DNA from: an uncultured Nitrospiraceae bacterium
Lineage (GTDB): Bacteria > Nitrospirota > Thermodesulfovibrionia > Thermodesulfovibrionales > Dissulfurispiraceae
NCBI GenBank assembly: GCA_963705105.1
Contig: CAVPIW010000006.1
Coordinates: forward strand, 576,001-640,000
Direction: 5' to 3'
DNA: 64,000 nucleotides
A model generated the notes under the pieces. It did no database searches, had not been told where the DNA came from, and saw only the letters and a program-made list of their open reading frames with translations. The translations under genes were made by a program, and so were the position numbers. Shown here in pieces: positions 59,134 to 64,000 of this stretch; the stretch's first letter is position 1; each line of letters opens with the position of its first letter.

Positions 59134-59259
59134 CTTTTGTCTCCTTCATTCCTGCCTGCCACAGCAAGAGTCATTAAGTCATTGAAGTCATTAAGTCAAT
59201 GGTCACAGTCGACAGTCCAAACCTCACAGCGAACACCCGATGAAGCGACACGTCACATG

Positions 59260-59470
59260 AACCTTATCGATGCAATACACTCCCGGGAAGGGCGGGGCGT
59301 ATGCGCCGAAAACCTTGCTGCGGCGACACCGTAACTCTCACAGGAGACAACCTTTCAAGCCAATGATCGATCACACAAAGTATAGAATCCTGAAAGACAA
59401 ACCATACGAGGAGCATCGTCGCCTTCAGCAAGGCTTTGAGGCGCTTCGCCCCGCCCTTCTATTACAAGGT
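59260..59470. repeat. dispersed repeat family A, full copy (preceded by GTCATTAA tandem tract 59170-59218)
   Basis: AACCTTATCGATGC...TACAAGGT termini; interior similar to 52988-53203. Confidence 0.85.
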
Positions 59471-59490
59471 GAAAACGGTCGTCGCCTTCT

Positions 59491-60829
59491 TCATTCCAAT
59501 CCGAGGTCGCGGAGGATGATCCCGCTCTCATAGCTCAGGTTCGCGACGGCCTGAATGAACTCATTCTGCCGAGCCACGACGTTCGACCTCGCGCGGTCGA
59601 GGGTCACCTGTGCGTCCAGGAGGTCCACCAGCGGCGACAAGCCGCTCTCATAGCGGACCCTGACGAGCCGCCGTCCTTCCTCAGCCGTCTTCAGGGAGGA
59701 CCGTGCGAGCTCTGCATTCGTCCGTGCTTCCTCGACGGACCGGAATGCCTCATAGACCCTGAACGCCACCGCTTTTTTCATACCTTCCAGGTATTCGCCC
59801 GCCTCCGTCGCCTGATGACGGGCCATGGTCTTCTCGAAGGAGCGTTTCATCCCGTCGAAGAGGTCCCATCTCAGAAAGGCGCTCAGGGTCCAGCTCGCTC
59901 CCTCCCCGCCGAAGGGGTTGCTGTGATCGTGCAGATCATAGGAGCCGCCGACGCCGATGACCGGAAAGAAACCCGCCTCGGCAAGGTGAATGTTCCTGAC
60001 CGCATTTTCATGCCGTATCTCCATGGCCCTCACGTCCCGCCTGGACAGGGAAGCCTGCACGTACTGATCCATGTCCCTGACCGGTATCACCGCCTCGTCT
60101 GCCGTCACATCGACGGAGCCGGGACTGCCGAGGAGGAGGCCGAGTCCCCTCTTCGCCACATCCATGTTCTTTGCGGCGCTCACCTTTCTCTGCTCGGCCT
60201 CTGTCAGGGCCGTCGATGCCCGGAGCGTGTCCGAGTATAATGCCAACCCCGATTCATACCGGAGCTCGGCTATCCTGAGGTGTTCCCGGGCGTCTTCCAG
60301 GGACTTCTCGGAGACGGAAAAAAAGGCCTTCGCCGTTTGCACCGCCAGAAAGGAGGAGACGACCCGCATCGCCACGTCCTCCCTCTTTCGCCTGAATTCC
60401 TCGGTCACGGCCTCCGATTCACCTTTTGACATCTCCAGACCGATCGAGGCCTTGCGGACGAAGAGGGGCTGCTCGAAGCCGACGGAGGTCTGAAAATCGT
60501 TGATGGGACTGGGATCGTTCAGCGATGACAACTCGAAGTCTGACTGGGCGAACCTCTCCTGGTTGAGCTTCAGGGAAAATGACGTTGTGGGATTGTTCGT
60601 CCTGACGAAGCGTTCCTGGAAGAAAATGCGGGGGAGCAGATCGCTCCTGGCGATACCGACCCCGGCCTCCCGGGCTGCAACGGCACTCCGGAAGGCCCGT
60701 ATTTCATGATTGCCCTCGAGGGCCGCCTTCACCGCATCACTGAGATTCAGGCACATTTTCCGACGCAGAAAGAGCCGGCGAAAAAGAGGTCACGACGACG
60801 GCCAGAAAAATCAGGTTGATCCACCGCAC
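59491..60829 (-). pseudogene. TolC-family outer membrane factor, +1 frameshift just after the signal peptide
   Basis: GTG 60829 gives MRWINLIFLAVVVTSFSPALSASENV; removing one C at about 60750 joins LNLSDAVKAALEGN...; two OEP repeats (RYESG). Confidence 0.82.
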
Positions 60830-60894
60830 AGCGTCTTCCTCCTGTGATCAGCGCCCCTTCTCCCCATCAGCCAGTTCCGGGACAGTATAGAACA

Positions 60895-61572
60895 TCATGC
60901 GGCCTTCTTCAAATCCGCGTCGAAGTGCAACGCATGCTTCGGGCAGGCGGCAACGCAGGTGGAGCACTTGATGCAGTCGTTGTCACCCAGGACACCCTGC
61001 GGCTTATACTCGTATGGCGTGAGCTGCATCGGGCAGACCTTCGAGCAGGCCTTGCAGGAGTTGCAGTCATCGTCGATGCTCAGGGGGTACTTCCCTTCCG
61101 ACATGAAGTTGCTCAGGGTCCCCATGGGGCAGATATGGCACCAGATGCGCTGCTGGTAGACAATGCCGAGGATGATGCCGACCGATGTGGTCACCGTCAA
61201 AAGTGTCACCATGGCGAGACCGACGGCGTCCCAGTCTCCCCAGAAGAGGACGACCTGGGAGCCGAGGACGGACAAAAGCAAGACGAGCATGCCGATGCGG
61301 AACCAAGTCTTCCTGAAGAAGGCCGGGATCCGGCGCCCCCTGCTGATTTTGCTCAGAAAGAGGTCATAGAAGCTCCCCCGCGGGCACATCCAGTCGCACC
61401 AGGCCCTGCCCTTGTAAAGTGCAACAGCGAGGGCGCCGACCATGCAGGCCATGAGAAAATACCCGATCTTCGGATAAAACCAGCCGCCCACGACAACGAG
61501 GGGCAGGCCGTACCAGGTGGCCGCCTGGAGCCTCGTCCTCTTCCTCTTCAATTCCACCAGTGTTCCCATCAA
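60895..61572 (-). CDS. membrane 4Fe-4S binding protein (NapH/YccM-like)
   Basis: RAWCDWMCPRG, RIWCHICPMG, CNSCKACSKVCP, CIKCSTCVAACP. Confidence 0.88.
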   Translation of the reverse strand: MMGTLVELKRKRTRLQAATWYGLPLVVVGGWFYPKIGYFLMACMVGALAVALYKGRAWCDWMCPRGSFYDLFLSKISRGRRIPAFFRKTWFRIGMLVLLLSVLGSQVVLFWGDWDAVGLAMVTLLTVTTSVGIILGIVYQQRIWCHICPMGTLSNFMSEGKYPLSIDDDCNSCKACSKVCPMQLTPYEYKPQGVLGDNDCIKCSTCVAACPKHALHFDADLKKAA

Positions 61573-61622
61573 TTCCTCCTCATTGTATTAACCTGATTAT
61601 TTATGAAACGCATCACGGCTTG

Positions 61623-62066
61623 TCATTCCGGCTTGTCCGGAATCCTTCTTTTTTTGGTGGCGTCATCTCCCTTCCTGCGGCTCCTCTTTTCTTCCATGTA
61701 GGCGAGGAAGGTCTTCATATCGCACCGGCCCGTCTTCTTCTGATAGGCCGTGCAATCGGCGAGGGACTCCAGATCGCGGCGGAATTCCCCGTCCTTCTCC
61801 AGCTTCCTGCGGAGAATGTCGAGCATGCCCGCCCGGTCGGCGTCAAGATCTCTTGTCAGGGAATAAAAGACAAGCTTGCCGTCTCTCCTTTCATCGAGAA
61901 GTCCCGCGTCTTTCAGCAGGCTCAGGTTCCTCGAGATGAGCGGCTGAGACACGCCGAGGACGCCCATGATCTGGCAGACACAGAGTTCCTTCATGGTGAG
62001 AAGCATGAGGATCCTGAACCGTGTTTCATCGGACAAGAGGCTGAAGAATTTGACTGCGCTTTTCAT
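61623..62066 (-). CDS. ArsR/SmtB family regulator
   Basis: LSDETRFRIL, ELCVCQI, SQPLISRNL, RDGKLVFYSL; extra C-terminal Cys residues. Confidence 0.92.
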   Translation of the reverse strand: MKSAVKFFSLLSDETRFRILMLLTMKELCVCQIMGVLGVSQPLISRNLSLLKDAGLLDERRDGKLVFYSLTRDLDADRAGMLDILRRKLEKDGEFRRDLESLADCTAYQKKTGRCDMKTFLAYMEEKRSRRKGDDATKKRRIPDKPE

Positions 62067-62074
62067 ATAAACAT

Positions 62075-62104
62075 ATTTAAATACGTTGATGCGTAAAATG
62101 TCAA
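62075..62104 (-). promoter_or_regulatory. sigma70 promoter / probable ArsR operator
   Basis: TTGACA at 62104-62099, AT-rich -10 region, ATG about 9 nt further; imperfect palindrome ACGCATCAACGTATTTAAATATGT. Confidence 0.5.
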
Positions 62105-62333
62105 GTCCTTTTCAATCCCTTCTGCGCCAGGCCTTCCTCATTTCAGACATGCCTTTCCCGAATCGAGACGGCAATCAGATCTGATTCGCCGCATTTCAGT
62201 TTAATTTCAAGAGGTTGACAGCAGGCATATTCCTTGATTTACTGGTCAGTAAGCATGAAATCGGCACAGGATGGATATCTGTGCTGCAGGAAAACCGAAT
62301 AGTGAACCGGACGGATGAAAAGAGGAGGGAACG

Positions 62334-62666
62334 ATGAAAGCTATCATGTATTTCTTTCTCATGATGATGCTTATTGCAATACCGCTGTCGGGTTGTACAC
62401 CTTACCACGCTCAGGGAATAACGGCCGGCGCCGTTGTCGGTGGCGTGACGGGTGCGCTTGTCGACCATCATGAGCCTGCAAGGGGAGCAGTCATCGGGGG
62501 TACGATCGGCGGTCTTTTCGGCGGCCTCCTGGGTGAAGCGGCATACCGGAATTCTTATGGTTCCTATCCCTATTATTATGAGGGTCCGGGCTACCGCCAG
62601 TACGATGGCGGCGGGAGGCGTTACCCGAGCGCGCCGTATTACACTCCGCAGCCGCGATACAGGTAA
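62334..62666 (+). CDS. glycine-zipper lipoprotein
   Basis: LSGC lipobox; GAVVGGVTGA..GAVIGGTIGGLFGG; Tyr/Pro-rich tail. Confidence 0.85.
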   Translation: MKAIMYFFLMMMLIAIPLSGCTPYHAQGITAGAVVGGVTGALVDHHEPARGAVIGGTIGGLFGGLLGEAAYRNSYGSYPYYYEGPGYRQYDGGGRRYPSAPYYTPQPRYR

Positions 62667-62742
62667 CCCTCAGTGCCTTCAGCACCCCCTGGAAAAGGCG
62701 GGATGACAGATCCCTTGGCCCTCTTTTCCAGGGGGAAATAAC

Positions 62743-62771
62743 GCAGGGGCCGTTCTCACAACGGCCCCTGC
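62743..62771. repeat. REP-like palindrome
   Basis: GCAGGGGCCGTT-ctcac-AACGGCCCCTGC. Confidence 0.65.
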
Positions 62772-62921
62772 ATGGACTGCGGCAGGGCTCTTTCGCCCCG
62801 CCTGTCCGCCCGACACAGGGCTTGCGAGGACTGTCGCTGACGGATTGACTTTGAGGCGTTTCGTCCCGTCGTATTACAATAAGGTGAATGCGATCATTTC
62901 TCTCCGGAAAGGGGAAACCTG

Positions 62922-64000
62922 ATGGGCAATAGTGACGGTCATTCACCGACTGAAAGGATGAAGCGCCTCGCCACGATTCTCTTCTGCGCGATGGTGGCGC
63001 TTTATGCCGCAGCGCGTGAAGGCGAGAGGATCTCACCGTGGTTCAGCCCCGTCCGGGCCTTTGCCGAGGCGGCCATGGTCGGCGCCCTCGCCGACTGGTT
63101 CGCCGTGACCGCCCTCTTCCGCCGCCCCTGGTGGGTGCGATTCATCCGGTGGGTGCCCTTTCTCGGTCCTCTCATTTACAACCACACAGCCATCGTCCCC
63201 TCGAATAAAGACCGCATCGGAGAGAGCCTCGGCAATTTCGTCGAAAAGAATTTCCTCACCTCCGAGGCGGTCAGGACAAAGCTCCAGTCGATCGATATGG
63301 CCGGCATCGTTGCCGGAAGACTCGCCGATCCTGAGAAAAGCGCCGTCCTCGTCGATGAGATCTGCGCCTTCATCCCCGGCATGATCGGCGCCCTCGACGA
63401 CGACGACATCCGCCGGTTCGTCAGCAGCAACATGACGCATGCCATCAGGTCCGTGGAAGTCGCCCCGTCACTCGGCCACTTCCTCGAAATACTCACGTCG
63501 AACAACAAGCACCAGGAACTCTTCGACCGCGTCCTTATCCTTGTGAACAATCTCTTCGAGGAATACAGGGAAGCCCTGCAGGACAGGATCACCGATGAGA
63601 CGCCGTGGTTTCTGCTGCCCTTCGGAGTCGATTTCGTCGTCTACGACAAGATCGTGACGAACCTGCAGTCTCTGCTGAATGAGGTGACCGGGAATCCGGA
63701 CCATGAGCTGAGGGTCCGTTTTAACAGGGCGACGGAGGAGTTCATCAGGAAGCTCAAGTCGTCTCCCGAATACAGGGAGCGGGGCGAATCGCTGAAAGAG
63801 GAATTTCTCGCAAGCCCCGTTATCCGGCAATATTTCGACCAGGTCTGGGACGACCTGAAGCCCCGTATCCTGGATGCGCTTGCGAGGCCGGATTCGGCGC
63901 TCAGGACGCGGATGGGAGAGGCCGTGAGGGCTGTGGGCAATGGCTTGCTCAACGATGAAGCGGTCCGCCGAAAAATCAACGAACGCATCCAGGACGCCGC
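62922..64000 (+). CDS. DUF445 family membrane protein (partial, runs off window end)
   Basis: Manual translation: MKRLAT...FAEAAMVGALADWFAVTALFR...HTAIVPSNKDRIGESLGNFVEKNFL. Confidence 0.88.
   Translation, partial: MGNSDGHSPTERMKRLATILFCAMVALYAAAREGERISPWFSPVRAFAEAAMVGALADWFAVTALFRRPWWVRFIRWVPFLGPLIYNHTAIVPSNKDRIGESLGNFVEKNFLTSEAVRTKLQSIDMAGIVAGRLADPEKSAVLVDEICAFIPGMIGALDDDDIRRFVSSNMTHAIRSVEVAPSLGHFLEILTSNNKHQELFDRVLILVNNLFEEYREALQDRITDETPWFLLPFGVDFVVYDKIVTNLQSLLNEVTGNPDHELRVRFNRATEEFIRKLKSSPEYRERGESLKEEFLASPVIRQYFDQVWDDLKPRILDALARPDSALRTRMGEAVRAVGNGLLNDEAVRRKINERIQDA

Overview
GC-rich bacterial chromosomal window from an anaerobe. Gene content and intergenic repeat style suggest Nitrospirota/Thermodesulfovibrionia or a deltaproteobacterium (inference only). 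1-29.6 kb is mostly core/metabolic genes: AOR, ndk, mdh, fabD, etfBA, acpS, pdxJ, class II nrdJ, a Na+/solute symporter and a sigma54 two-component system with likely targets. A modular family of MITE/REP-like intergenic repeats is scattered throughout. 29.9-39.7 kb is an 11-gene type II FAS/PKS-like cluster: FabL-like reductase, an ACP with a helical insertion and C-terminal Zn ribbon, two catalytic KS plus two Cys-less KS, two FabZ, FabG, a second AcpS and an LpxL-type acyltransferase. This is the best candidate for an undescribed system. 39.7-50 kb is an accessory island with toxin-antitoxin modules, a truncated integron integrase with Pc/attI, and a cassette array (one clear attC, several degenerate ones). 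The first two cassettes are each interrupted by an IS1634 with TIRs and TSDs; the first cassette encodes a HEPN-motif protein. Most of the island (39.7-48.4 kb) lies between diverged direct copies of the acyltransferase 3' end. About 46.6-49.6 kb looks error-rich (indels, a 71-nt poly-A). 50-64 kb is a minus-strand ArsR / Fe-S membrane protein / TolC-MFP-RND / DUF2892 / DUF3047 / TIGR04282-type glycosyltransferase / nitrilase / Tim44 block, followed by a glycine-zipper lipoprotein and a partial DUF445 gene. All family assignments are from recognising motifs by eye; no searches were run.
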